NCBI GenBank assembly: GCA_002269645.1
Contig: NIVC01000308.1
Location: forward strand, 1-43,643
Reading direction: 5' to 3'
Length of the DNA stretch: 43,643 nt
DNA from: Macrostomum lignano
Lineage: Eukaryota
The notes under the pieces were generated by a model. The model saw only the letters and a program-made list of their open reading frames with translations. It ran no database searches and was not told where the DNA came from. Position numbers and translations under genes: made by a program. Numbering within the stretch: the first letter of the stretch is position 1; each line of letters begins with the position of its first letter. Positions 12,855-24,793 of the stretch are shown piece after piece.

Positions 12855-13875
12855 GGTAGGCTCGGTTTTGGCCTATGTACATTGGGCGGGAGACGGGGTA
12901 GGCTTGGTTTTTGGACTGTGTACATTGGGCGAGAGACGGGGTTGGCTTGGTTTTTGGACTGTGTACATTGGGCGAGAGACGGGGTTGGCTTGGTTTTTGG
13001 ACTGTGTACATTGGGGGAAGACGGGATAGGCTTGGTTTTTGGCCTATGTACATTGGGTGGAAGACGGGGTAGGCTTGGTTTTTGGCCTATGTACATTGGG
13101 CGAAAGGGGTAGGCTTGGTTTTTGGCCTATGTATATTGGGCGGGAGACGGGGTAGGCTTGGTTTTTGGCCTATGTACATTGGGGGAAGACGGGGTAGGCT
13201 TGGTTTTTGGACTATGTACATTGGGGGAAGACGGGGTAGGCTTGGTTTTTGGCCTATGTACATTGGGGGAAGACGGGGTAGGCTTGGTTTTTGGCCTATG
13301 TACATTGGGCGAAAGGGGTAGGCTTGGTTTTTGGCCTATGTATATTGGGCGGGAGACGGGGTAGGCTTGGTTTTTGGCCTATGTACATTGGGCGAGAGAC
13401 GGGGTTGGCTTGGTTTTTGGACTGTGTACATTGGGCGAGAGACGGGGTTGGCTTGGTTTTTGGACTGTGTACATTGGGGGAAGACGGGATAGGCTTGGTT
13501 TTTGGCCTATGTACATTGGGTGGAAGACGGGGTAGGCTTGGTTTTTGGCCTATGTACATTGGGCGGGAGACGGGGTAGGCTTGGTTTTTGGCCTATGTAT
13601 ATTGGGCGGGAGACGGGGTAGGCTTGGTTTTTGGCCTATGTACATTGGGGGGAGACGGGGTAGGCTTGGTTTTTGGCCTATGTATATTGGGCGGGAGACG
13701 GGGTAGGCTTGGTTTTTGGCCTATGTACATTGGGGGAAGACGGGGTAGGCTTGGTTTTTGGACTATGTACATTGGGGGAAGACGGGGTAGGCTTGGTTTT
13801 TGGCCTATGTACATTGGGGGAAGACGGGGTAGGCTTGGTTTTTGGCCTATGTATATTGGGCGGGAGATGGGTAGG
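12855..13875. repeat. 43-bp minisatellite (GGCTTGGTTTTTGGCCTATGTACATTGGGCGGGAGACGGGGTA)
   Basis: Period 43 (GGCTT at 12901/12944), with shorter variants; downstream of the SLC37A3 stop. Confidence 0.95.
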
Positions 13876-13964
13876 CTAAAAGAATAGCAGGCATGCTAAA
13901 GAATATAATATTGGTTAGTCAGCGCGCGGATCTTATCAGTACAATTTGTAAACAAAGAGTTAAT

Positions 13965-14457
13965 TTACTCCGCCACCTGCACCTCGGCCGCTCTGTTATT
14001 GCTAAAAAATCTTCGCTTTATATCTCGAACTAAGACAGGTAGAACGCAGAGTAGAGACAGGCCAATCATGGACACGAATAGGTAGAACACCCAGCCCCAG
14101 CCGTAGGCAGCCTGTATGCCCGGTATAGCAGCCTGACCCAGGGCCGCTCCCATCGATCCCGTGCCATCAATAATCCCAGTAACAGTTCCCAGGGCCTCGG
14201 CATTGCCGCGCAGTTCCGGTCGGCGACCCAAATCGGCGCACGTGGCCGAACTAATAATATTGGCAGGGCCGCCGACAAAGAAACCGGCCATGGCCATCAG
14301 GAAGGCATTGACAATGCGGTCCTCGGGTGACCAGGAGTACGCTAGCAGCGCCGGCATCGCCAAGAATAAGAACAGGCAGAGCAGAGGCGAGCGGGACCAC
14401 ATCAGGTCGCTGAGCAGGCCGCAGATTATGCCAGCTATTATGCCGCCAACGTCGTAC
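13965..14457 (-). CDS. SLC37A3: SLC37A3-like sugar-phosphate exchanger, exon 3 (terminal)
   Basis: W|YDVGGIIAGII; GFFVGGPANIISSA..ADLGRRPELRGNAEALGTVTGIIDGTGSMGAALGQ is diagnostic for SLC37. AAG acceptor after a polypyrimidine tract and CTAAT; stop TAA 13965-13967. Confidence 0.93.
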
Positions 14458-14544
14458 CTTGAATAGGTAGGGAAGGGGGAGAGGAAAGAGATTAGCTTTG
14501 AAAATTAATAACATAAATTACTCAGTTTAATGTACATTGAGGGG

Positions 14545-14905
14545 CATGGGGTAGGTGTACACTCGCTGGAGCGAGTGTACATCGGGGGTAGAGGGATAGG
14601 CTGGAGCGAGTGTACATTGGAGGCAGGAAGATTGGTTGGAGCGAGTGTACATTGGGGGCAGAGGGATAGGCTGGAGCGAGTGTACATTGGGGGCAGACAG
14701 ATAGGCTGGAGCGAGTGTACATTGGGAGCAGAGGGATAGGCTGGAGCGAGTGTACATTGGGAGCAGAGGGATAGGCTGGAGCGAGTGTACATTGGGGGCA
14801 GAGGGATAGGCTGGAGCGAGTGTACATTGGGGGCAGAGAATAGGCTGGAGCGAGTGTACATTGAAAGCACAGGGATAGGCTGGAGCGAGTGTACGTTGGG
14901 GGCAA
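14545..14905. repeat. 35-bp minisatellite (GGCTGGAGCGAGTGTACATTGGGGGCAGAGGGATA) in SLC37A3 intron 2
   Basis: Period 35 (CAGAGGG at 14764/14799). Confidence 0.93.
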
Positions 14906-14928
14906 CTCTAAATGAAAGGCGCACCTAC

Positions 14929-15597
14929 CAACTAGACAGCTCGTCGCTGAAAGCATTGGTCCAGCCGTATTTCTCCTGAATATACAGCGGCAGCCAGAAG
15001 AAGAATGCATAATTAACCAGCTTAAGGCAGGCGTACGACAGGGCAAACAGCACAACGCCTTCAATTTTCAGAGCGCCAACCACTCCTAACGGTGGAGGCC
15101 GCTGCCTAGGCGATGCAATCGTTACTTCTACGTTGCCTAGCAACGGACTCCTAGCGGCGGACTCATCTTCATTATTCTCTTCCTCGTTAATAGAAACACG
15201 ACGAACTGCGGGTTTCTGCAGCTCAATAGGATCCGGGATTAAGGATGTCAGAATTAGGCAGGCTCCGCCTAGCAACAAGCTGGCTGGCAGCAGGAAGCAC
15301 AGATCGTATCCGTAGTCCACTACCAGAGCAGCCAGGCTGTTCCCGATGATGTTGCCAACCGAGGCGCAGCTGCTCCAGATCCCGAATACGAAGCCGTGTG
15401 TTCTCTCCGGGAACCATTTGCCAATGATGGCCACGCAGCAGGGCCAGCCCACTGACTGCAGCAGGCCGTTCGCTAGCCACAGGCTCACGTACACAGGCAC
15501 ACTGTACAGGTGGATCAGCTCTGTCGCGTAGCCGAACAAGAACACCGTGACAGCACTGCCTGCCATGCCGCCCGCCATCAGCTTGCGCTGGTCGTAT
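14929..15597 (-). CDS. SLC37A3: SLC37A3-like exon 2
   Basis: NGLLQSVGWPCCVAIIGKWF, FGIWSSCASVGNIIG, YACLKLVNYAFFFWLPLY. Acceptor TTTGCAG, donor TG|GTAGGT; phases 2/2 match both neighbours. Confidence 0.95.
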
Positions 15598-15662
15598 CTG
15601 CAAATGTGCCAGGCTCTTAGTGCTTACTTATTGTAAGTAATACAGCTGTCACAGAGGAAATA

Positions 15663-16006
<344 letters not shown>

Positions 16007-16329
16007 CTGTCGCCCAGAATGCCGCTGAGATAGAGTCCCACAGAGTAGGCCAGCAGGAAAGCGGTGTCCAGCACCCCAGTGAATTCCTTTGCACTTTTGC
16101 TGCTGGAGAACAGCGGCTCCCGCTGCCAATTAGCCGCAGGCAGCAGGTGGGGGTGGCTGCTGTTCGGCGGTGTCCACTCTTTGATCAGCGAGTCCTTCAC
16201 CGTGCTCACCGCTTTCCGGCTGGCGTGAAAGAATGCGTAGCAGCAGAATGTGAGCACAAACACGGTCACGTGATGCCTTGTCATGAAGGACAAGTAGCCT
16301 AGACAGGCGCTTTGAGTTGGTTGACTCAT
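16007..16329 (-). CDS. SLC37A3: SLC37A3-like exon 1
   Basis: ATG at 16329; [42 protein letters not shown]. Donor AG|GTCTGT. Confidence 0.93.
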
Positions 16330-16412
16330 TTTCTTTGAGCATGCAATATAATAAAAGGTGGAAAAGAAAAGTTAATACTGAATGGTAAAATTCATCGATT
16401 GTTTAATAGGGT

Positions 16413-16990
16413 ACCCATATCCTGAAGCAGTTTGCCACAGCCTGAAGCAGATTCCCATATCCTGAAGTAGTTTCCCATATCCTGAAGCAGTTTCCCACAT
16501 CCTGAAGCAGATTCCCATATCCTGAAGTAGTTTCCCACAGCCTGAAGCATATTCACATATCCTGAAGCAGATTCCCATATCCTGAAGTAGTTTCCCATAT
16601 CCTGAAGTAGTTTCCCACAGCCTGAAGCATATTCACATATCCTGAAGCAGATTCCCATATCCTGAAGCAGATTCACATATCCTGAAGCAGATTCCCATAT
16701 CCTGAAGCAGATTCCCATATCCTGAAGCAGATTCCCATATCCTGAAGCAGATTCTCATATCCTGAAGCAGTTTCCCATACCCCGAAGCAGCTTCCCATAT
16801 CGTGAAGTAGTTTCCCACATCCTGAAGCAGATTTTCATATCCTGAAGCAGATTCTCATATCCTGAAGCAGTTTCCCATACTCTGAGGTAGTTGTTGGATG
16901 TACTGAAGTGGCTGCCCATATTCTGAAGCGGGCGTCTAGGCCCTGAAGTGTTTGCTGACACCCTGAAGTGTACTCTCATGTCCTGAATTG
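16413..16990. repeat. 20-bp minisatellite (CCCATATCCTGAAGCAG(A/T)TT), between MFSD1 and SLC37A3
   Basis: Period 20; degenerates beyond ~16880. Confidence 0.92.
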
Positions 16991-17561
16991 GGTGCCCATA
17001 CCCCCAAATCCTGAAATTCCTAAATAAAGTCTTGAATCAGTGAAATAAACAAAACACAGAAGCCCAGCATTAAAACCTGATAAATTTGGTGAATTTTCAA
17101 ATATATAAATCAAGCACCATTGTAACGCATAAAACAGCATTAATAAATGAATTTTAGAATAAAAAAGTTACTCGGATTATGTATTGCACAAATTGTATAA
17201 TCGAAAGACCCGAAACACGGTCAAAAGTGGACGTCATGGAAAATTTTGAAATCAATTATCAATTTAAAAATACTGTCGTTAATAGAAAATAAAAAGAGAA
17301 AAAATAACTGAAGAAAATAATATTCGGAACTAATCATAAAGTTGCACCTATACAGTAACGCTTGACAACAGGTTGTTTACCTTGGATACTAAGGATTTCA
17401 AATTTTATATATTTATTTTCGAATGAAAATCCGGAAATTCTCTTATTTTTTTTCAACTCCAAACCTGTTAATCAAGGGAGCAATAAGAGTACATTTACCG
17501 TTTATATCGCGTAATTAAAGACAAATAAGTGTCTCAATTTAATCCTGCGCGATCGCAGATT

Positions 17562-17780
17562 TTAAGCCTCATCAGCAGCTTTCGCTGCAGCTTCTGTAGC
17601 CTGCTTGGCAAGCTCGGCGTCCTTGCGCCTGGAGCTGGCAGACTTGTTGAGCTCCCCGCCAAGCTTAGATATGTCCCACAGGTACAGAACGGCGCAGAAT
17701 ATCAGAGCTAGGCAGAGCCAGGCTAAAAAGAACACTTCGAGAATGAGATAACCTTTGGAGTCAACGATAAGACCGGATAC
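17562..17780 (-). CDS. MFSD1: MFSD1 exon 5 (terminal; absent from ORF track)
   Basis: VSGLIVDSKGYLILEVFFLAWLCLALIF...GGELNKSA..RRK matches the MFSD1 last TMs. Acceptor TTTCAACCAG; 73 codons ending TAA at 17564-17562. Confidence 0.9.
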   Translation of the reverse strand, partial: VSGLIVDSKGYLILEVFFLAWLCLALIFCAVLYLWDISKLGGELNKSASSRRKDAELAKQATEAAAKAADEA

Positions 17781-17849
17781 CTGGTTGAAACGATATTTTA
17801 AGGTGTAATTTCAGTTATTTGTTTTCAAGTCGTTTAGAAAATCCAATAA

Positions 17850-18412
17850 GACAGCAGCCCCAATATACCACTGTCGGGTAATGGAGGTAGCAGCCCCAAA
17901 AAACACTGTCGGGTAAGGGGGGGGGTAGCAGCCCCAATAAAACACTTAGAGGGGGGTAGCAGCGCCAATAAAACACTGGGGGGGGGGGTGTAAGGGGCTA
18001 AAAGCCTCAATATAACACTGAGGGGGTGAGAGGTTAGCCCAGTCCCAATAAAACACTGAGGGGGTGAGGGGTAGCCCAGTCCCAATAAAACACTGATGGG
18101 GTGAGGGGTTAGCAGCCCCAATAAAACACTGAGGGGGTGAGGGGCTAGCAGCCTCAATAAAACACTGAGGGGGTGAGGGGTTATCAGACCCAATAAAAAC
18201 TGAGGGGCTAGCAGCCTCAATAAAACACTGAGGAGGTGAGGGGTTAGCAGACCCAATAAAAACTGAGGGGTGAGGGGCTAGCAGCCTCAATAAAACACTG
18301 AGGGGGTGAGGGGTTAGCAGACCAATAAAAACTGGGGGGGGGGGGGTGAGGGGTTAGCAGATCCATTAAAAAACTGAGGGGGTGAGGGGTTAGCAGACCC
18401 AATAAAACACTG
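17850..18412. repeat. ~36-bp G-rich minisatellite (GGGGTTAGCAG(A/C)CCCAATAAAACACTGAGGGGGTGA) in MFSD1 intron 4
   Basis: Degenerate tandem copies. Confidence 0.88.
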
Positions 18413-18442
18413 GAGTTTAATTGAAAACAAAACTAGACTAAC

Positions 18443-18912
18443 CTGGTTAATAACAGCCAATCCAAGATTCTGAATACTCTGCATAATTCCGTATGCTGTG
18501 CCAAGCATATGATTGGGCAGACAATAGGACACCAACGGCCACAATGAGGCTGCTAGGATAGAATAGCTAACCCCAAGCCAAATCATGATGCCGTAGGGGC
18601 TCAGATTGAATGTGAAAGCCAAACAAGCGTGACAGCCCATAGTCATGAGGCTGCCCAGCATCACCCACATGATGTTGCGACCAGTTCTATCGATGAGGAA
18701 GCCACAGACGGGACTGGAAATTGCGCTGACAATATACGGCAAACTGTTCACTGCGTCGGCTTCATTCGGGTTGAAATTGAATTTGCGCTCGAAAAATACC
18801 TGGCCAAGGCTGATGAAGGGGAACACGCTGACGTAATAAGCTACACAGATCCCGCACAGAAGCCACACGGCTGCTGGGAACCGAATGATGTCCGATAGCT
18901 GGATTTTCTCAC
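18443..18912 (-). CDS. MFSD1: MFSD1 exon 4
   Basis: G|EKIQLSDIIRFP, YYVSVFPFISLGQVFF, SLPYIVSAISSP..GFLIDRTGRN, LWP..LGTAYGIMQSIQNLGLA. Phases consistent with neighbours. Confidence 0.95.
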
Positions 18913-18934
18913 CTGAGATTTGCACGGGCAGAGG

Positions 18935-19965
18935 GTTATAGGCGATTCTTAAGGTGCTTTATGGGCAATTCTTAAGGTGGTTTATGGAGATTCTTAAGGT
19001 GGTTTATGGGCAATTCTTAAGGTGGTTTATGGAGATTCTTAAGGTGGTTTATGGGCAATTCTTAAGGTGGTTTATTGGCGATTCTTAAGGAGGTTTTTAG
19101 GCGATTTTTAAGGTGGTTTATTGGCGATTCTTAAGGTGATTTATGGACGATTCTAAATGTGGTTTATGGGCAATTCTTGAAGCGGTTTTGGGGCGATTCT
19201 CAAGGTGGTTTATGGACGATTCTTAAAGTGGCTTATGGCGCGATTCTTAAGGTGGTTTATGGGAAATTCATAAGGTGGTTTATGGGCAATTCTTAAGGTG
19301 GTTTTTGGGGCGATTCTTAGGGTTGTTTATGGTTGATTCTTAAGGTGGTTTATGGGCGATTTTTAAGGCGGTTTATGGGCGATTTTTAAGGTGGTTTATG
19401 GGGCGATTCTTAGGGTTGTTTATGGTTGATTCTTAAGGTGGCTTATGGGCGATTTTTAAGGCGGTTTATGGGCGATTGTTGAGGCAGTTTATGGGCGATT
19501 CTTTAAGTGGCTTATGGGGCGATTCTAAAGGTGGTTTATGGGCAATTCTTGAAGCGGTTTTGGGGCGATTCTCAAGGTGGTTTATGGGCAATTCTTAAGT
19601 GGCTTATGGCGCGATTCTTAAGGTGGTTTATGAGCAATTCTTAAGGTGGTTTATGGGGCGATTCTTAGGGTTGTTTATGGTTGATTCTTAAGGAGGTTTA
19701 TGGGCGATTTTAAGGCGGTTTATGGGCGATTTTTAAGGTGGTTTATGGGGCGATTCTTAGGGTTGTTTATGGTTGATTCTTAAGGTGGCTTATGGGCGAT
19801 TTTTAAGGCGGTTTATGGGCGATTCTTGAGGCGGTTTATGGGCGATTCTTAAGGTGGCTTATGGGCGATTCTTAAGGCGGTTTATGGGCGATTCTTACTC
19901 TCAGGGTTGTTTATGGTTGATTCTTAAGGTGGTTTATGGGCGATTTTTAAGGTGGTTCATAGGCG
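18935..19965. repeat. 23-bp minisatellite (GGGCGATTCTTAAGGTGGTTTAT) in MFSD1 intron 3
   Basis: About 44 diverged copies. Confidence 0.93.
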
Positions 19966-20179
19966 ATGGTCTGTAATAAGACCATGTAATAATAAGATGG
20001 TCTGTAAGCAAGCTACAATCTCAGTGATGTATTTTTCCCCGTTAGTAAAGTCACTTTCAAGATTTTCTAATAAACAAAGTAATTAAGACATTCTCAGAAA
20101 AGCGCTAAAACAATTTCCTAAACGAGAAGGTGAAAAATAATTTATCTATTGATGAAAAGAGATGATGCAACTCACTCAC

Positions 20180-20522
20180 CTGTGCTTCCAGCATCCGCTC
20201 CAAGCAGCCTCTTGGCCCTCCTATCAATATAGGCCAGTACAAAAGCGCAGCCCAGCGACAAGATGCAGCTGAATGCAGCCAGGAACAAAGCCGCGCCCAG
20301 CTGTTGCCAGGGCTGGGAGAAGCGGCCATCAAGAGAGTGATAAATTGGCTGCATGACGTTCATATTCACTGTGCTGCCGATGCGAGACATGCTGAGCTGG
20401 ATGCCGAACACCATGTTGAGCTCGTGACCGCGGAACCACGATGTAGCATAGGTGTTCTGGGCCACGGCCAGGCTCTCGCCTCCGATGCCGAATAGGAATC
20501 TGGCCGCGTCCATCAGCCACAC
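20180..20522 (-). CDS. MFSD1: MFSD1 exon 3
   Basis: RFLFGIGGESLAVAQNTYATSWFRGHELNMVFGIQLSMSRIGSTVNMN is diagnostic for MFSD1. Acceptor CCCAG, donor G|GTGAGT. Confidence 0.95.
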
Positions 20523-20547
20523 CTGGGCAGGTGGGGGGGGGGTTTGG

Positions 20548-21327
20548 GATATTTAATTACCGGGGCGATTCTTTAGAGATATTCTATTACCGGGGCGATT
20601 ATTTAGGGATATTCTATTACCGGGGCGATTATTTAGGGATATTCTATTATAGGGGCGATTATTTAGGGATATTCTATTACAGGGCGATTCTTCAGGGAAA
20701 TTCTATTACAGGGCGATTCTTTAGGGAAATTCTATTACAGGGCGATTCTTTAGGGAAATTCTATTACAGGGCGATTCTTTAGGGAAATTCTATTACAGGG
20801 CGATTCTTTAGGGAAATTCTATTACAGGGCGATTCTTTAGGGAAATTCTATTACAGGGCGATTCTTTAGGGAAATTCTATTACAGGGCGATTCTTTAGGG
20901 AAATTCTATTACAGGGCGATTCTTTAGGGAAATTCTATTACAGGGCGATTCTTCAGGGAAATTCTATTACAGGGCGATTCTTTAGGGAAATTCTATTACA
21001 GGGCGATTCTTTAGGGAAATTCTATTACAGGGCGATTCTTTAGGGAAATTCTATTACAGGGCGATTCTTTAGGGAAATTCTATTACAGGGCGATTCTTTA
21101 GGGAAATTCTATTACAGGGCGATTCTTTAGGGAAATTCTATTACAGGGCGATTCTTTAGGGAAATTCTATTACAGGGCGATTCTTTAGGGAAATTCTATT
21201 ACAGGGCGATTCTTTAGGGAAATTCTATTACAGGGCGATTCTTTAGGGAAATTCTATTACAGGGCGATTCTTTAGGGATATTCTATTACAGGGCGATTCT
21301 TTAGGGATATTCTATTACAGGGCGATT
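20548..21327. repeat. 29-bp minisatellite (GGGCGATTCTTTAGGGAAATTCTATTACA) in MFSD1 intron 2
   Basis: Highly homogeneous array; resumes briefly at ~21958-22006 after the LINE insertion. Confidence 0.95.
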
Positions 21328-21347
21328 AGAGTAATAGAGTATCCCTA

Positions 21348-21955
21348 TTACTACGACGACGACCTAATTTACGACGACCTAGCGAGACGGCGCAGCAAGG
21401 CCTGGGCTGCCTTCCAATCTGTGCGGGCGGTGCTGCTCTCCGAGGCCCTGTCCGACGGCGCCAGGTCCCAGCTGTTCCAGGCGGTTGTTGAGACCGCCCT
21501 GCTGTACAATGCTGAGACCTGGACGCTGACCGGGGCGCTTGAGGCGCAGCTCGACGCGGCACATGCGGCCCTAGTCCGCGCCACTTTCGGCGCCCGCCGC
21601 GGCCCTGGTAGCGAGACAACCGAGTCCCTGTACAAGCGCACAGGCCTGACGCGGCCTTCTGCCCTGCTGAGACAGCGGCGCCTGCGGCTGGCCGGACATG
21701 TCATCCGGGCCGAAGCTTACTGCCCAGAGCCGCTGCAGGACGTCCTGTTGTGGACACCGCAGGGACCGCGCAGGCGTGGCCAGGGACGATCAGCCCGCTA
21801 CGTCGACCGCCTTTTTGAAGATGCGCGAGCACCCAGCCAGGCGGCCGGTGTGAAGCACATTAGAGACCTAGCTCTGAAACGCGCGATTGACGCTCCCCCC
21901 TTTTGGCCACTTCTGTGGCTGGCGTGGGGCGTAACTATTATTATTATTATTATTT
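21348..21955 (+). mobile_element. 5'-truncated non-LTR retrotransposon (RTE-like LINE), C-terminal part of the RT ORF with a (TAT)6 tail; antisense to MFSD1
   Basis: Frame DDLARRRSKAWAAF...LLYNAETWTL...RLRLAGHVIR...RRRGQGR matches the post-RT C-terminal motifs of RTE-type ORFs. (TAT)6 at 21936-21953. No clear target-site duplication. Confidence 0.85.
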
Positions 21956-22028
21956 TTGTTATTACAGGGGCGATTATTTAGGGATAATTTATTACAGGGG
22001 CGACTTCTAAAAAAACCAGAATTCTCAC

Positions 22029-22345
22029 CTTATTAATAAAAGCGCCAAAGGCGAACAGCAACTGACCAACCAGACAAAACGATGAGAAAATAATTGCTCC
22101 AAGGCGAATACCAAACAGCCTGTCAATCAGGTAGCCACCAATCATTGACAGCACAACATTCGGCCAAGAATACCAGGCGTAGAAGGACGAGTACTGGGCG
22201 GTGGTCAGGCTTAAGTCTTCTGTCATGACGTCTTGCAGAGCGCTTGGATTATCGTAGCAGAAATACGAGCCAAATGACAGGAAGCACATGAAGGACAAGG
22301 CGAGATAGCGGTGCAGCGCCGACCGAGGGTTGCAGGCAGCGCAGC
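22029..22345 (-). CDS. MFSD1: MFSD1 exon 2
   Basis: CNPRSALHRYLALSFMCFLSFGSYFCYDNPSALQ...YAWYSWPNVVLSMIGGYLIDRLFGIRLG. Acceptor GATTCAG, donor AAG|GTGAGA. Confidence 0.95.
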
Positions 22346-23877
22346 CTGAATCAACAATTTCAATGGAATCAGTTTTGATGGCACAATTTGAAAACAATAA
22401 ATAATATGAAGTGGTGGGTGCAAAAAAACCTGATCATTACAAGTTGCTAACTATAATGGTATTGATTATTGGTTGACTTAATTAATTGAGACAATTCTAA
22501 TATTTATGATTAGTTTTATAGCTCCTTTTATCTATCCATTGTTATCTTGAAACAATCCATAGTTACCACTAAATCATACCATTTTTCTTAATACCTTATC
22601 CCTTAGTCAACCTAAATTTGGGATAAAAAAGTAAATTTTTGTAACACCTTCCTTACTATCTTTAGCCATGTGTAGCAACTATTGAAGTGATTCAAAACAT
22701 TTGGTAATCTTTACCACAAAATCCTATGTTTAGCAACCATTGAAGTGATTCAAAACATTTGGTATTGGTATCCTATTTTGCTGATAAAAAATATTTTTCT
22801 AAATTTCAAATTTTATTTGCATCAACTTGTACAAAAAGCTAGAATCTAGAATAAGTAACTGTATCAATATTTTAAGTTTTCTAATTTTATAGCTGTTAAA
22901 AGAACAAAATACAAAAATCATATAAATAAAAAAGTAACTACTATTAGCTTGGTTATTTGGTTATACAATAATAAATATAATCTAAAATTTGGTTGCTTTA
23001 TAATTATAGTAAAGAAGATAGTATAGCAAATGAAAATGTCTAAAAGCCACAGCAATAAGCCTAGGCATCTTAAGGCTTATTTACATTGCTATCAAACAAG
23101 CTGCCAAAACATAAACAATTTAAGCATAGTTCCAGTTTACTGCATTAAACTATTTCGCCCTCTATTCAAAGGTAGGGGGGGGGGTTGGAATATAATGAAG
23201 TAAACTAGAACCATGCCACAATTTAAGCGCTTACAAAGGAATCAAATATGATATACAAATTGGGTGATCACATAAAATTTGGTCTTATTTGATAGCATTA
23301 TAAGTAAATATTTAATTTCTAAGTATTATTTTTAATTATTATTATTAGATAATCATTACTAAATAATTACTGATTTAATTATTATTTATTAAAATATATA
23401 ACTAATAAATATACAAATTCAAAAGCTTAAATCTTAGATTTTTACTTTTTTAGCATTCTTTTGTAATTTATATCATGCACTCAAAGACTCAATTAGGCTC
23501 ATGCACTTAATTTAATAATTAATCTAGCAAAAGCTTTTAGGCCTATAAAAATTAGAAAATGAGATTTTTATATATTTAGTTCAAGAAGTTGTGAAAAAAT
23601 AAAGCTAAAATCTTGACTTGATTAAATTAAAGAAGTATTTTTAGTTACTTAGGAAACTTTTTAGTCTATAAGTATTGTGGCTCTAGATTTTGTTCAACAG
23701 ATAAAAATATTGGCTATGCCACTGAAAACGTTGATTAAAGGCAGATATAATTTTGAAGATTTTTATTAACACACTGCTTGGAAATAATGGAGGAAGAATT
23801 AGGCCTAGTAAGGGATAATTGAGTAGTAAATGCAGCATTGTATTGTCAATAAGTCGAAAATGTAGATATTTATTTAC

Positions 23878-23974
23878 CTTGGTACTCAACTTCATTGTTA
23901 TGGTCCCCAGTTGGTGCATTTAGGGCAGGAGACTGATTGCTTAAAAGAGGACTTGTTTCCTCTGCACTATCCAT
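23878..23974 (-). CDS. MFSD1: MFSD1 exon 1 (MDSAEETSPLLSNQSPALNAPTGDHNNEVEYQ-G; absent from ORF track)
   Basis: ATG at 23974; 97 nt (32 codons + 1) matches the phase-1 acceptor of exon 2; donor AAG|GTAAAT. ETSPLL fits the [DE]xxxLL lysosomal sorting signal known at the MFSD1 N-terminus. Confidence 0.85.
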
Positions 23975-24793
23975 GACAGGCTAAACTTTTGCAAAGTTAC
24001 AAGCTACTAGGGTAGGGTCTAATCTAATTAAATACTTAGCTCTGCTGGTTACTAGTATGGGCCTAAAAACTCCGTCTAGTCTAGGTCGACAACTGCCAAG
24101 AAAATGATGTTTGTGTTTATTACTAAAAACGATAAAGTTAAAAATTTGCAGTACTAACAAGAGCCATTTGATCTACTTTATTTTAACTGAAACTTGCGTG
24201 AATAAAACTTAGTTTGATAAACAATATAATACTAAAGTTGAAGTCTAACAAACGCCAAAGAAAAATCATTTTAAGTTTTGATAAACTGATTAACGGATTA
24301 GTTTAATATTAAATAGGCTGTCTTAGAATAAAAAGCACTACGTTTTGAGATCGAGATTCGCTGAATTTTTGCGCATATATTGATAATGCAGGTGCTACAG
24401 AGCAGTGCTTTATTCTGAAAACAATGCTTAAAAACCATATGCAGATTGGCTTTCTCTTCAAAACATTAAACGGTGTTTGTTCTGCGCAGTTACACTAGCT
24501 GTAATCAGCATGTTTTACTTTTTTGTGGTGGCAAATAATTGCTTCGACTTTGTGCTGAGGCCCGGCCTGAAACGCTAAATGTGCTACTCCGCCGTTGTAC
24601 ATGACCGATGCCTCTGATCATTCAGAGCTGGAAATTATACACTGATGTACATGTATATTTCTAGCGCCTGTACATTTTATTATTGCATGAATATCATATG
24701 TATGATGTATAGCTACATCCATCCTGGCCGCGGCCCCCACTAATTTTTGCGTGCCCTCCCAATTCTTCCCCTGTGATTCTTGCGCCCCTGTGA

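Larger units (their letters stand above)
6967..12900. repeat. Head-to-tail segmental triplication: 6967-9139, 9140-11312 (2173 bp each) and 11313-12900 (1588 bp)
   Basis: ORF starts 7178/9351/11524 are each offset by 2173. Copies 1 and 2 give identical 490-aa translations. Copy 3 lacks 585 bp of the internal minisatellite. Junction GGGGTA|TAGCTT. Confidence 0.95.

Noticed and set aside
20560-21327. TTAGGG occurrences suggesting interstitial telomere
   Set aside because: One hexamer per 29-bp unit, never tandem.
23683-23919. 78-aa minus-strand ORF
   Set aside because: Wrong frame over MFSD1 exon 1 running into intron; the frame from ATG 23974 gives the dileucine motif and the correct phase.
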